A DNA stretch of 64,000 nucleotides from Chiloscyllium plagiosum (taxonomy: Eukaryota). The stretch lies in assembly GCF_004010195.1 (NCBI RefSeq), contig NC_057717.1, forward strand, positions 104,660,937-104,724,936. The letters are read 5' to 3'. Under the pieces are notes generated by a model that searched no databases, was not told the DNA's origin, and worked only from the letters and a program-made list of their open reading frames with translations. Below are positions 26,541 to 40,975 of this stretch, one piece after another. Positions within the stretch are counted from its first letter, which is position 1, and every line of letters starts with the position of its first letter. Position numbers and translations under genes: made by a program.

Positions 26541-29500
26541 CTGCAATACAAAGCCAAATTTGGGGGGGTATTAAAGGGGGAGGAAACGTCAGCCTTAGCT
26601 GGAACTGAGTGAGCTGGAAGGCTCCTCGTACTAGCTGCCATTCCTGAGCATAATTCTGTAAGGTGTAAACCCTGCTACATGCTCAATGAATTGACATAAA
26701 CAAACATCAAACAAAAGGGGACTTACTGAACTTGCAAGTTGCATATACTGGAGAATTAATCTATACACTAAATGATCTGTCTTTTCATTTTCATGATGTA
26801 GCCAACACTGGCAAGGGTGAATTTATTGCCAATTTTCAGCTGACCTGAGATGTGTTTTGACAGTTTTCTTGAACTGCAGTGCTGTATAAGATGGTGATGG
26901 TTTTAGTTTTATGAGACTAACCATTCAGTCTCATATCTCGGATCTAGATTTTTACATTTTCATCAGCTTTGTAAATATTTTCCTCCTTTCTGTCCACACG
27001 AGTATTTTCAGGTCAGGATAAGTGTAGCCTAAAATACTGATGCGATCAATAAAGGTTCATAGTACAATATTATTGATTGAAAGATTAAGTTCTAAAGTGA
27101 AAGAGAATTAATTTTAATTATTTCTGTGAAGATCCTAATGTTTTAAAAGAAGTCTGAAAGTCATTTTTGAATAGAGAATGAATAAAACAGTATTTCAAAT
27201 AAATCATCTGACTCCAGATAAATGAACAGCAAGCCATCTAGGCAGATAATTGCTAAGGTGTTTGATTTGAGTTTTACAAAGAGAGAGGGAGCAACAGGTT
27301 GAGAAACTGAAATCGATTCATTCAGAGACAAGCGGTTTTTAGAAGCAGAGGGCTGTTTTTAACTGTCCAAGCAATCAGGACTGGTGAGAAATTACTAAGC
27401 TGCCCAGCAATAAGGTATCCAATGACACCAGGAAATGCAGACAGAAACATTCAGTAGATCAGTGAGTTAGCTTGTGTGGGTACAAGAGAGTGGAAACTGA
27501 AATGCTAAGCTAGTCAGAAGACTAGCCAGAAAACTGCTTGAAGCTCAGTATATGGAAATCTCAGAGTATTTATTCTCAAGGTACTTCAAAGTCAGTAAGA
27601 AGGAAGTGAAAGCTCCAGAAACCAATAACTGAACAAGAAGCTTTATGTGGAGGGAGGGGTAACTCTCCACTGACATTTGAGTATATGTTTGAGTTTGTCA
27701 GAATAATTTGGGTGAAACCTTTCTGATATGCGTAATAAGACATCTTCAAATTGATCTTGTCTCGTGTAACACAGTTCATATGTTTTCCTTTTGTGTAATA
27801 ACCTTTTATGCTCATTTTTAAGAAGTAGATTGGAAGATTCTCATGAATAGTTTCAATGCCTGACTTCCACAGCAAACAAAAAAGAAAAAGAAAATCGATG
27901 GTCCATCAAACCAGGTCATACTCAGGAATCCAAACTGCCCACTAAAATCATCAGCCAGGTTCAAAACACAAAGTAATGTTGTCAGAACATTGGATTATAA
28001 CCCCAGATTACTCATGACATGTCAAACTATTAAATAAGACATTTTTTACCAAGAGGAAATATAGTCAAATGATGCCTGTAATTTCAGTGGCTGTCTGGAA
28101 TGTTCCACCTTTAGATTGTCAGGGAAATTTCAAACTGAGGCACTTAAAAAGAAGAGATAAGGAAGAGTTGACACTTCCAATCCCTCAGAAGAAAGCCATC
28201 TCCTGTAGATTATGATCCAAACTGCAGACATGGTTATATTTTATTCTTCTAGGAGTATACACAAAAGGGTGAAGGACCAACTTCAATCCATGGTATACAT
28301 GTTTTAGCTGAAGATGTACCGGTGTACTCTACTATGCTGTGAATCACAGCTTGACAACAGCCATTAGACATTCCTGCATGGAAGATAAAGAAAGATCTTC
28401 TCTTTCTATGAGTCCTGACAGCCAGGCAAGCCATTGAAGTAACCGTTAAGGAGGAAAAAGACTAAAACCTGCCAGCAAACTATAGGGCCAGGAGTCTTGA
28501 AACCAATTGCTTCACTACTGACTTCAACTTTACTAGAATCATCCAAATTAACAGCTACAACATTCCCACATCTTTTCTACAAAGAACCCAAAGGATAACT
28601 TGTTAATCTTTTGAATTGTTATCGTGATACACAATTTCCATTTATAATTTGTGAGTATGTTCATCAAGTTTAAATATATTTTCACACATTTAATAGCTCA
28701 TATACTTATCTATTATTTAACTCAAGAAAGGTTAATGTGACTCTTTTTAAGATAGACATATATTTAGATTGGGAAAAAGTTTTAAAGAGGGAAGGGTTCC
28801 TTTTTAAATTAATCCTGTTAAGATCAACTGAGGAGGGGGTGAATTAAGAAATAGAGCCAGTTCATTCTTCCTTATGCGAAAGCATTCACGTTTGGGGGAA
28901 TCCTATCTGGAATTGTAATGGTCACTTGGTGATCGGTCATATTAATTTTCCCTCTACTGTAACACAAAAATGTTTTCTAATCTCTCCTGGTGCCACTTGG
29001 ACATTTTCATTCTTCATTATGCATCATAAATGTTTAGGGAATTATGAGTAGAACTGTGGCCAGTTAGCTAGGTGGCTAACCTGTAGATTCTATTAATGAT
29101 AACAGCAAAAGGTTCAATCCCATTCTGGTTAAGGAAGATTCAGAATGTTCTTCCTCAAACCAGCCACAGTAAAAAAAAAGGCACCTTTTCATTATTCAAT
29201 GAATAAGGCGGATCTTTAGAAAGGATAGTCGGAGTCTTTTTCCCCAAGGTTGAAATATCAATTACTAGAGAAGAGTGTCTGGAATGAGCTGCCAGAGGTG
29301 GTGGTAGAAGCAGATATAATACTAACGTTTAAGAGGTTTTTGGACAGATAAATGAATAGGCAGAGAATAGAGAGATATGGACCCCATAGAGGCAAGGGGT
29401 TTTTTGGTTTGGTGTTGAAGCAGGCTTGGTGGGCTGATGGGCCTGTTCCTGAGCTGTACTATTCTTTACACTTTGTGATAAATTGCCTTTAAGGTTAAAC

Positions 29501-29829
29501 ATTTACCTTCTCACTAGCAATTTAAAATGTTACAGTATTGTCAAAATTGTCAGATGATTGGTTTCATGAGAGGAATTTATAAACAGGTGAGTACTTATGG
29601 TTCTGTACTGGTGAGCAGACCCCAACTCTTGCTAAGCATCAAGACAGATGTCACTCTCTTGTGGCAATACAGTTATTCAGTCATAGCACAGCTGGTAGTA
29701 AAAGTACTGCCCTTAGAATCTAACTGCAGTCATATTAACATTGAAATATAACAAGGATATTAGATTTCTAGAGTACCTCATCTCATTGTTGTAATATAAA
29801 AGTACCTCACAGAACAAATTGCTTTGGAA

Positions 29830-30194
29830 TTTTATTTTAATATTCATTCAATGGTTGAGCATGCTACTGGCTAGGCCAGCATTTATTACCCATCCCAGAG
29901 GGGAGTTAAGAATCAACCACATTGTTGAGGGTCAGGAGTCACATGTAGGCCAGACCAGATAAGGGTGGCAGTTTCCTTCCCTAAAGGATATTAGTAAACC
30001 AGATGGTTTTTTCCTCTCTATTGGCAATGGGTTCATGATCGTCATTAGATTCCTAATTCCAGATTTTTAAAAAAATTCAAATTCCAGCATCTGCCATGGT
30101 GAGATTCAAACCCAAGTCCCCAGAACGTTATACCTGAGTCCCTGAAATAACAGCCCAGCAATAATACCACTAGGCCATTGCTTCCCCTTGTTGT
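29830..30194 (-). mobile_element. SINE (probably DeuSINE/SacSINE-like) with a LINE-derived tail; similar copies at ~35420-35730 and ~20500-20765
   Basis: shared segments ttccttccctaaaggatattagt..accagatgg and aattcaaattc..catctgccatggtg.gattc; tail matches the 3' end of the LINE at 855-2065. Confidence 0.55.
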
Positions 30195-30364
30195 CGAGAC
30201 TGTGGTGCTGGAAAAGCACAGCAGGTCAGGTAGCATCTGAGCAGCGGGAGAATCATGAAGAGCTTATGCCTGAAACATTGATTCTCCTGCTCCTCAGACG
30301 CTGCCTGACCGGCTGTGCTTTTCCAGAACTACACTCTTGACTTTGATTTCTAGCATCTTTCTCC
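30195..30364. mobile_element. same family, fold-back, degenerate core
   Basis: TSD tccccttgttgt at 30183-30194 and 30365-30376. Confidence 0.7.
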
Positions 30365-30902
30365 TCCCCTTGTTGTGTAAGCTTGTGTTCCTGTATAAGA
30401 TTCACAACATAGGTAACACAGAAAACAATGGTAACCAAGGGATAAGTACACATTAGAATTTAACTGGATAGTGTAAGCAGCATAGATACCACAAAAAATT
30501 GTGAGAACATGGTGAGATTAAATGCCTTGAAATCACAACAGGGTATGACTTATTCTTGTGATGTGAACTTATTTAGTAATTTTGGGATGAATTTCTTTGA
30601 GTTCTCGGTCTACTTTTGAATGGCAGCATCTTCATGGACATTTATTGAGAAACAATTTGTTGCTAATAGGGATTCCTTGGCCAATGTATATGAGATTGAT
30701 ATTGTAGTGATTGTAACCAGGTCAGTCAGCTGGACATCATAGATTAGGGGTTTCCTGATTGGGGCTATTAATGTGATCCAATGAGGGAGACTTGGCGGAC
30801 ATAAGATGATGAACGTCAGGGATACTGAGCTCCTGGAATGCCTGACTCAGTCAGACAGTGCTATTGTCAAAGGCTATGCACTTTAAAATAACAAGTGATT
30901 AG

Positions 30903-31121
30903 TGTCTGTGTCTGTGTGGGTTTGTGTGGGTTTCCTCCGGGTGCTCCGGTTTCCTCCCACAATCCAAAGATGTGCAGGTCAGGTGGATTGGCCTTGCTAA
31001 ATTGCCCGTAGTGTTAGATAAGGGGCAAATGTAGGGGTATGGGTGGGTTGCGCTTCGGCGGGTCGGTGTGGACTTGTTGGGCCGAAGGGCCTGTTTCCAC
31101 ACTGTAATCTAATCTAATCTA
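30903..31121 (+). mobile_element. HE1-type SINE, 5'-truncated
   Basis: 3' two-thirds of the same consensus; short attagtg duplication at the flanks. Confidence 0.85.
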
Positions 31122-32864
31122 AAAATTAGTGATGTGATGCCAACCTCAGAAGAATTATTTCAAATATATCATATGATGTTATTTATTTCATAGGATATAG
31201 TACAACATCATAATAGGCAGGTAAACTGTTTACAATGACGCAATTTCCATTATAAAGTGCACATAGGAGTGCACAAAGGATATGTAGATTTTTAATATAT
31301 CATATCGGTATATTTTTATGCACCAATGACTTTCTATAAGAATCACATTTGCTGTCCCATTTATTTGTAATTCTTTGTATAAAAGAATATCATCTAGCTA
31401 ACTATGAGCAACACAATTGGTAATCTGTCTGTAGTATATTAACATAGAATATATTGCGTTTATGACACACTGCTGAAAAGACTGAAAGGCTAATCTATAG
31501 CACAGTGCTTTAATTTGCATGGAATGATGCATTGCTGTGTTCTTTTAGGTCATACACGCTGATTGTCACTCTTGTACCTTACCCATCCTCTCCCCTGTAC
31601 TCAGCAAACCTAGTTGATGGTGGCAATGAACAAAATAAACTTACAGATTGTCAACTACATGAATGTTATCCTGACCAGCATTTTCACCTCAAATAAAACC
31701 AGCATAAAACAGGCATCCTGTTGTTTGTATTAAATACTGTTTGCATTTGTCTACATAATAACAATCACTGTATTTCAAAGTAAATCACTTTAAGTGAAAC
31801 ACTTAGAGACATTCCAATTATATGTTACGAGGTGTTAAATAAATGCACTTCCTTTATATAAAGTACAAATATTCTGCAGAGTTTTAAAGACAACTTCTTC
31901 ATGACCTGTTTATTACAGAACTTGAACATCTAATTGCATAAACCAGCAGTGTTTTAACAATGATGATGACGAATGAAATTTTAACTCTGAAATTGATAAA
32001 CTCTCCCGATTTTGCATGACAGTCGTAGAAAGAGCCCAGGATGATAGAAATCATACAAAACGCACAGCAACCACATTCCAGCTATTGAATGACAATGCAG
32101 GGTTTGGATAACACTTAATTACTGTATATCTCAGCTGAGCAATGGTTGTTACAGCTAAATAAGAAGTGAAGAAGAATAAAGAAACAACTTGTTGAGAAAG
32201 TTATAAATATTTGTTGGACATTCAAAAGTCTCTGAGCCGAGTTTCTGTATATTAGTATTCATATTATTAAGACATGGTGAAATAGTGCAGGAGAACAGAC
32301 ACCTCACAGAGAGAAGGAAGAGGTCTGGGTGAGTTTTCAGAAATAAGAGGACTGAGACCTACAGTCAAATATCCTCAAAATAAGATAAAAATGCTAACAG
32401 CTATTTCAAGGAATCAGGAACACTCCATAAGAGTTTATGTATAACTATCTATATCCATATAGATATGTTAAACACATTTTAAGTTTTAATATGGAATAAA
32501 ATGTCTCAAACTACTTTTAGAAGTTTAAAGCCTAAACTATTACAGATGCTCAGTCATTATGAAGCAAGATAACTGACAGAATCTCCAGACTGTTGAACCT
32601 GACATAAGGTTATAAATGATCTGCAGGGAAAGAGGAACATGATATAATAGGCATGTACAGCTGTGGAAGCCAGTGTTTTCTGATTCTGCCAATAAAATGC
32701 ATTTAAACTATTGTTAATGTACCAGTCTCAAACTGGTAGATTTTAGTAGAGGTGTGACCAGCAAATTTCCATCAGGATTGAAACACATTATTACAAAATT
32801 GTAATCATTCAACTGTTTTGATATCAAGCAATGAAACAGTGAGATGCGTTTTGCTGATTTATAC

Positions 32865-33000
32865 CTGGGAGCTTGGTCGAGTGTCTTCTATTTCTTCTGA
32901 CCGACCTCTTTCAGGACTCCAAGCCCCTGTCTTCTGAAACATTTTTTGAGCTCGGTCTGTGACCCAAGATTGACTTTCTTTCATAATCCCATCTTGTGCA
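32865..33000 (-). CDS. CACNA1A: Cav2.1 exon (~exon 42), calmodulin-binding-domain region, 136 nt
   Basis: ttcccaaag|T...CAG|gtataa; encodes AQDGIMKESQSWVTDRAQKMFQKTGAWSPERGRSEEIEDTRPSSQ; phase 2 to 0 fits neighbours. Confidence 0.92.
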
Positions 33001-33432
33001 CTTTGGGAAGAGAAATTATATATTTAATAAGGACATTAATAAAGAAGAAGCTAGAATTCAATACTAGGCATAATATAAGAGATGTCATCTAGTCAGTTAC
33101 ACACTAAAGAAGGGCATAGCTCAGACCTTCAAGTAACAGTTGTTTGCCTCTCCGGTAATACTAAAACTAACTGGGGATGAGATTCTTGTGTAATGGAAAG
33201 AGGGGTGGCATTTGTGCCTGAGGTTTTGCAGTATAACAACTAGTGACAAAGAGATGCATGGAAAGAGGAACATTTCAGGGATATTCCTGATTCATCTTGC
33301 ATCTGGTGCTTTTAAAATATGAAGCTTCCCTGCATTCACTGACAATGATTATTTCTTGTGGATTCATCAAAGTATGGGATATCAACATTGAGTACAGTAA
33401 CATTCATGTTAACTTTGCAACTAAAAAGAATA

Positions 33433-33639
33433 CGGTCAGAGTCAAAATGTGTGGCGCTGGAAAAGCCGGTCGGGCAGCATTCAAGGAACAAGACAGTCAA
33501 TGTTTCGGGCATAAGCCCTTCATTAGGATCCCTGAACGTTGACTCTCCTGCTCCTTGGATGCTGCCTGACTGGCTGTGCTTTTCCAGCGTCACACTTTTT
33601 GACTCCGATCTCCAGCATCTGCAGTCCTCACTTTCTCCT
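33433..33639. mobile_element. same family, fold-back
   Basis: TSD aactaaaaagaata at 33419-33432 and 33640-33653; inverted arms; mutated core. Confidence 0.75.
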
Positions 33640-36600
33640 AACTAAAAAGAATATAACAAAGTATTTTTTAAAATAGTGAAAATCTAAAAAAGCAGAAACA
33701 CTGGGAATCATAGACAGGATGTCATGAAAAGACAAAGGGGTAATTGAAAAGGCTAATGGAATTTTGGTGCGTACAGTGATTGAATGAGATTCACAGGCTA
33801 AATGGCATTTTTTTTGTTTATTCCTTCCTTTCTTAGGGAAAATCTGGGTGCTCTTGTCACCCCAGCACCTCTTAGTCTCTCTTCAGGGTTTTACCTATTC
33901 TTATTTCAAACCAATTGTTGCAAAGGTGACAAAATGGCTTAGGGCACTGTGGAAGAACAGCAAGCCTCACTTTTACTGCCTTCTCATAAAGGAACTATTT
34001 AAAAAAGGAAACCAGGGACAAAGTTGATCACAGGTGCAAATTTCTTCTCTTCATTTTGTTTGTCTTCGTTCTTTCAAATATTATAGCTTTCTACTGAAAC
34101 TTCTTTCTTCCACCTTTCTGCTCCCAAAATTGCCCTTGCCCCATTACTTGTATAATTCTTGCAGGTTTGGGACTTCTGGGCAATGACAGTTCTTTGCCAT
34201 GTTTCCCAAGTGGCTAATCTTTTTACATGAGAATGGACAGTATTGAAAGACTTGCTAACTGTTGGATGTTTGAGAAGCACTAACTGTGTCTTCACCTGAC
34301 ATGCACACTCAAATATTCACCTTCAACACTGGTGCACCATGGTTGCAGCACGATCATCTGCAAGATGCACTTTATATAACTTAACCAGACTTCATCAGCA
34401 TCATCCAAATCCATAACTGAACAATGGTTCATCATCATCTTCTCAGGAGCAATTAGGGATAGGAATAAATGCTGCCTTTGCTGGCAAGGTCACCACTCCA
34501 TGAGTCAGTGAGGTCTCCATTCCATGAATGTGTTAAAAAAATGCAATTTCAGTAGGGGGTTGTTGAACAGCAATCTGAAGCTGAGACCTTGTCTGGTAAA
34601 AGCTCTGCCCACCTGGGAGAATTGAGGTTCAACAACAAAAATCTGCAAACCAAAATGTAAAATGGGCAATAGCCAATGTCATTTTGATTGAGATTCAGAG
34701 ATCAGTCATCCAAACTGTCTTTTTGACATTTTGATGGAAAGGTTTATTACTTCAGAATAAACTGTTGAGTGAAAATGGTACTTAAGCTGTTTGCAGCATG
34801 TCACCATTATGCGTGCATGCTATAAAACAGTGCAACAGCTGGATTGTCTTCTGCAATGCTACAACCACAGTAGAAGTATATTACTTGGCATATGCAACAA
34901 TGAAGTTAATGTCAGTGTTAAGCAATTATGTTGACAACACCTTAATGTTCATTCTGTAATCAGCTTTTGAGTAGCAGTCATTTTTAATCAACCCTGTAGG
35001 AGAACCTATCATTTTAATTTCTCACAAAAATTACTGTGAATCACAATCTTGTTCATTCAATACAATAGTTCACCGCATTCTATTATTATGTATTATTAGA
35101 CAAATTTCTCTACATTATATATTAATAATGCAACCAATCATTGCACTAAGTATGCAAAATACTTGAAGAAAAAACTGATAGAATGTGGAATTCTCTACTT
35201 TATGAGTGGTTGAGGTGAAAAACGTAAATTCATTTGAGGGAAACCTGCATGTTCACATGACAGAGAAAGAAACAGAAGCATATGCTTGTGGAAAAAGCCC
35301 AGCATGGAGTATAAAAACCAACATAGAGCAGATGAACAGAATAACCTGTTTCTACATTTTCGGCTACTGTTTAGGAGTATCCACTCCAGTTAATTCAATT
35401 GGAAAATTTTGAAATTGTTTCTTTTGTTAATGGGCTGTGGGTGTCACTGGCTAGGCCACCATTTATTGTCAATCCATATTGCCTTAAGGACAGTTTACAG
35501 TCAATCACATTGCTGTGGCCTGGAGTCATATATTGGTCAGACCAGTTGCTGATGGCAGATTTTCTTTCCTAAGGGACATTAGTCAACAGATGGCTGACAG
35601 TCATTGCCTGAGGCCAGCTTTTTATTGAATTCAAATTTCACCATCTGCCACAATGACCTTATGTCCCCAGAAGGTGAGCCTTGGGTTTTGGATTAGTTCA
35701 GTGACATTACCACAATGCCATTGCCTTCCCTAAATTTGGAGACAGTGCATCATCATCAACAGATACAATTGGACTCTCAAGTTCATCCAGGAAGTAGTAG
35801 TCACAGCCCCAACTAGCAACGTTGGGTATAAATGCAAATACTAACTAGATTTGAAATGATCAAGAGAAGAATTACATGGATTTGCAGAGAAAATTGTTTC
35901 ATTTTGGGGGTGGTGCAAGTCTGGAACTGACTGCCAAAGAGGATGGTGGAGGCAGAAACTCTCATCACATTTGAAAAGACATTTGGGTATGTATTTGAAG
36001 TGGCTTACTGTGGAGCAGGATCTGGAAAGTAGGATGAGGTGGGAAAGCACTTTTCCACTATCACACACAATGATCTAAATGCTCTTCTTCTGTACCATAA
36101 ATTTCCATGACGCTAACTAGGCCCTTGTGTATATATTACAATACTAACTAGGAACTGAATTTAAAAACCAGCTCAGAGATTCAGTATAAATTCAATCCTT
36201 ACTGGTAAGGTCTACCAATACCAATGAGGAAATGAGAATTCAAATCACATCCCCAACTATCCGACCCAGGTACAATTCACAATGACTAATTGTGAAATGC
36301 ACAGTCTTCTTCTGTGGAGTCCCACTTCAGTAGGCTCATGAGAGGAACCTATTGGGAAGTGCAGGATGATGGGTAGAGTTTCCTTTCATATACTGATCAG
36401 TATGATTTTCAGAGATTCAGGTAAATAGAATCATAGAATCATAGTGTGGGAAACAGGCCATTTGGCCCAACAAGTGCACACCGTCCATCAATCAAGTCAA
36501 AGGTGATTGATTGGTGTCAGACCATCCCATCCTCCTAACTCAGAATAATTTTTAATTCAGTGAGATGAAGTGGAAAAAGAAACAAGAGTAAATTACAGAT

Positions 36601-36659
36601 AAGAAAATCAAGAATTAAACATGTACTTCTGTGTATCATCCTGATAAATATTAAATCAG

Positions 36660-36870
36660 TAATAAAAACAGACAGTACCAGAGAAATTCAACAAGTCTGG
36701 CCATGTTAATGGAGAGAGAAACAGAATTAATGGAAGTTCTGAAGAAGTCATTTTCAGACTCGAAATGTGAACTATGTTTCTCTCTCCACAGATGCTGCCA
36801 AAGCTGTTGAGTTTCTCGAGCAATTTCTGTTTTTATTTCAGATCTCCAGCGTCACAGTTCTTTGCTTTTG
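36660..36870. mobile_element. related subfamily, fold-back, degenerate
   Basis: inverted arms; + strand ctgaaga-agtc..gact-cgaaa. Confidence 0.6.
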
Positions 36871-37120
36871 TAAGGCAGGAGATTGGCATAAAGTTAATGT
36901 ATTCGGATAACCAGATACAATTGGCCAAATAGCCTCGTTTTGTGATTCTGTAATTAGCATTAAACCAGTTTTGTTTTTGTAGAATTATTCTGAAGGGTCT
37001 TGGTCAAAGGTCTGCGCTTCATTCACTGATAGCTTTATTTCATATCATGCAATCATTGTAATATGTTAGATCTATGGAATTAGCTGCTTTATGTGAAAAT
37101 TCATCAGCATTGGAACTTAC

Positions 37121-37230
37121 AGGCCATTTCCAGATATGTGCTGGGGATCTGGTAAGGTATTCTGCCCTGGATCCATTTCCTGCGTAGGCGAAGGTGGCTC
37201 CATACGCTGAAACAGTAATGGCGTTCGATT
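37121..37230 (-). CDS. CACNA1A: Cav2.1 exon (~exon 41), 110 nt
   Basis: cacacag|AAT...CT|gtaagt; encodes [36 protein letters not shown](L). Confidence 0.93.
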
Positions 37231-37424
37231 CTGTGTGAGATATAACATGGCCTAGGGCTGGCATCAGACAGACTTATGGGAATGAAGATACAAGATTCAG
37301 AATGTTATGATGCCAAGCGAAGATTCATTTACCTCCCAGGTCACTCTTGATTCTGGAAAAGGGGGGTCATTTAACACTGTGGCTCTGACAGAATTAATCT
37401 GCATTCCAGGTACCACAAATAAAA

Positions 37425-37970
37425 ACATAAGAAATAGGAACAGAAGTGGGCAATTCGGCCCTTCAAGCTTGCCTTGCCATTCAACAAGATCATGCCTGAT
37501 CTGCTCCAGGCCTCAACTATTCTTTCGTGGCAGCTCAGCAGAGCTGTCAACTCCCTGATATTTCATAAGTCTATCTACCTGCTCTTTAAATACTTTCAGT
37601 GATCTACTCTACACAACTCTCTGGATATTGAATTTCAAACATTTACTACCCTCGAGAAAAATAAATTTCTTTGAATCTCAGTTTTAAATGAGGGTCCCCT
37701 TATTCTGTCACTACGTCCCCTAATTCGAGATTTCCCCACTAATGGAAACACCTTCTCAACATCGAGCCTGTTCAGCCCCCTCAGGGTCTTGTATTTTCAG
37801 TAGATCACCCCTCATTCTTTTACACTCTAATGAATAAAGGTCTAACCTGTGTAACAATTCTTCATAAAGTCAACCCCTTCTTCCCAGGAATCTGCCCAGT
37901 GAACCTCTTTTGATCACCTCCAATGCCTGAATATTCTTTTTAAATATGAGGCCCAAAACTGTAGCAGTAA
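37425..37970 (-). mobile_element. CR1 LINE 3' end
   Basis: begins acataagaaataggaacaga; degenerate RRMRGDL region. Confidence 0.75.
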
Positions 37971-38929
37971 AAATACTGCTGTAAAAATTACTGCTGGTGC
38001 TGCAGTAAGCAGAAAACAGATTATGTACAGTTACAATATTTTCAAAATGGAATGGAAGATTTGAATTTTTATTTCAAGTTTATTGTAGCAAGTTTCAGGT
38101 GAGGAGGTGTGGGTGCTGTAGCAGGTCTCTGCATGTCCTAGACTAGGGAAGTAAAATACAATCAGACACGGTTTTTACCAATGTCTATTCAGTGCTTCTA
38201 CTTACAAAGTGTGCCTATGTGATGGGTGACCAGTTCAATCTCAAAAATGATACAGTTAAATAACCTCCTGGTACTTATCTCTTACATTTTTACATTAGCA
38301 AGGGCCATGTAGACAAGATTATCAGATGCTGCTCATTGAATCACGTTCTAAATGTGACTTGCTGCTTTCAAGAAATTCAGAGAAACAAAAATCTTTCATC
38401 ACATGAATAAGTTATAAAGTTGCTCAATACATATTACAGGTTAAGGTAATGAAATTATCACCAGGTGAGATCACAGAAGCTTCAACAAACTTCAGAAAAA
38501 TGCTCAGGTGCTATGGTGAAGCATCAGCCATGAGCACATCAATGGTTTAGGTCTTTTATGCTCCTGGTCTTCTCATACAGCCGCAGAGAGGAGCTGGACA
38601 TGTCAGACCTCTGTTTTCAAAGGGAGGGAAAGACACTTGTATTCACTGTTGTAAATTGCCAATAACCTGCTTCAGAAATCAGATATCAAACAATACTGCC
38701 AATCATTGATGCCACATGGCAGAGATGGACAAAGGAATTCTGGGAAAATATATCCAAAAAAGGAACTTCTGTATTTCCTTCTGAAAATTTCAGCTACTGC
38801 AAAACAAAATTAACATCCCAAGGAAAAAAAAACTATCTTTTCATTAAATTGGAAATAAAACAGATAAGTGTTAGACTATACTTCCAACTAGACTACAGCT
38901 CATATTTATATACCTTTAAAATAATAAAA

Positions 38930-40160
38930 ACACCCCATGGTGATTCACAGGAATACTATAAAACAAAATTTGGCGTAATATGACACCATGCTAAATAAGG
39001 AGACAGGTCAGGTTATCAAAAGCTTGATCCAAGAGGGTGGTTTTGAGGAGTGCCTTAAAGGAGATAAATGAGGTGAAAAGTTGGAGAGGTGTAGAGCAGG
39101 AATTCCCTTGGCAACCATCAGCACAGCCACCACAGGAAGAACATTGGGAATGGCCAGGAAGTCAGAATTAGGAGGGCTTTGGAGCTGGAGGAAATGAGAA
39201 AGATAGGGAGGGTGGAAGTTATGGAAGGATTTAAATTCATAGATGATAAGTTTGAAATTAAACTATTGCTTGATTGGGATGAATATAGATCACTGACAAC
39301 AAGTGTGACAGTAAATGGGACTTGATTTGAGTTAGTCATTAGGAATAGAGTTTTGGGAGAAAAAAACATGGGAGACAAGCCAGGAATGCAATGGAATAAT
39401 TACGTCAATAAATAACACAGGTATGAATGAGGATTTCAGCAGATGACCTCAAAGGGGGCAATGCCAGTATATGTTACAGGGTGGTGAAAACAAGTGTCTT
39501 AGTGATGTTGTGAATACGTGTCTGACATTCTCAGGGTCAAGTGCGATACTAAGTTTGTGAGCAGCTTGTGTTACTCTGAGACTATTGCCAGGGAAAACAA
39601 TGGTGTTAGTAGCTACTGAATGGAGTTTGGAGTGGGGACCAAAAACACTAACTTGTCTTCTCAATATTAGATTGGAGAAAATTTCTATTCTTCCACTCTT
39701 GGATGTTGTTGGATCAGCAGTTTTGATATTTTAGTAGCAATAAAGGTGTCAAGAGAGATGAGAGGTCAGGCACAGTTGGATGTCATCAAAATATAGGTGA
39801 AAACTAACACCATGCTTTTGGATGATGCCATCAAGTAACACCATGTCACTGAGAAATATAAAAGGTTAAAGATAGATCTTTGGGGTAAATCAGAAGTAAT
39901 GATACAGAGACAAAAGCAGAAGCCATTGCAAGTAATATTCTGGCCATGAGGAGATAGTTAAGAGTTGAAACAAGTGATAGCTTCCCACTCTGTTGGACAA
40001 TATTAGAGAGGCATTGCAGGATCATGTGTCAATTACGTTAAAGTTGCAGGTAGTTTGAGAAGAAAGAAGAGAGATTTTTACTTTTGTTACAGTCAGATAG
40101 AAAATCCAACTCTGTGCTAGTAATGAAAACCAGATTGGAAGGATTCAAACATGGATTTTT
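38930..40160 (-). mobile_element. L2-type LINE remnant
   Basis: minus-strand HLYFDDIQL (degenerate YADD) near 39775-39800; L2-like 3' region. Confidence 0.6.
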
Positions 40161-40189
40161 AAAGGGATGCATACTGCTTTTTGTATACA

Positions 40190-40975
40190 TGAACATACAC
40201 ATTAAGAGCAGGAGTTCATTCAGTCTTGAGAAACTGCTCTGTCAGTTGATAAGATCATGGTGAACCTGATCATGGACTCAACTCTACTTTTCTGTTTATC
40301 CTTTATTACTTTGACTCCTTTGTCTAATTCAGCCTTAAAAATATTCTATAAAACTGCATGTACTGCGTGATGGAGAAGAGGATTCCAAAGTCTAACATTC
40401 CCTGAGATAAAAAAAATTCTCATGACTATCTAAAATGGGAGATCGTAATTTTTAAACTGTATCCCCTAGTCCTAGTTTCTCGCACAAGGGGAAACATCCT
40501 TTCACATCCACCCTGTAAAGACTTTGGAGGATGTTATATTTCAGTAAGATCACCTTTTATTCTTCTAAGCTTCGATGGACAAAGGCCTAACTTGTCCAAT
40601 CTTTCCTCATAAGATCACACTTCCATCCCAGGAATTGGTAAAGTGATTTTCTTTTCTGAACTGTTTTTGATGCAATTATATGCTTCCTTAAGTAAGGCGG
40701 CACAAATTGTAACAGTGTTCCAAATGTGGCACACCAGAACCCTGTACAATTTAATAAAGCTTCCCTAGTTTAATATTCTATTCCCCTTGCAATAAATGCC
40801 AACAAACCATTTGTCTTCCTAATGACTTGCTGTATCTGTTTCTTGTGATTCACAGACCAGGAGACGCAGATCCATCTGTACCATGGTTCTGCAATCTCTC
40901 TCCATTTGAATAACATACTGTTTTTCCATTCTTCCCCCTAAAGTAGTCAAATTCACATTTGTCATCAGCTAAAGT
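40190..40975 (-). mobile_element. CR1 LINE 3' remnant
   Basis: similar to the other CR1 3' ends in this window. Confidence 0.7.
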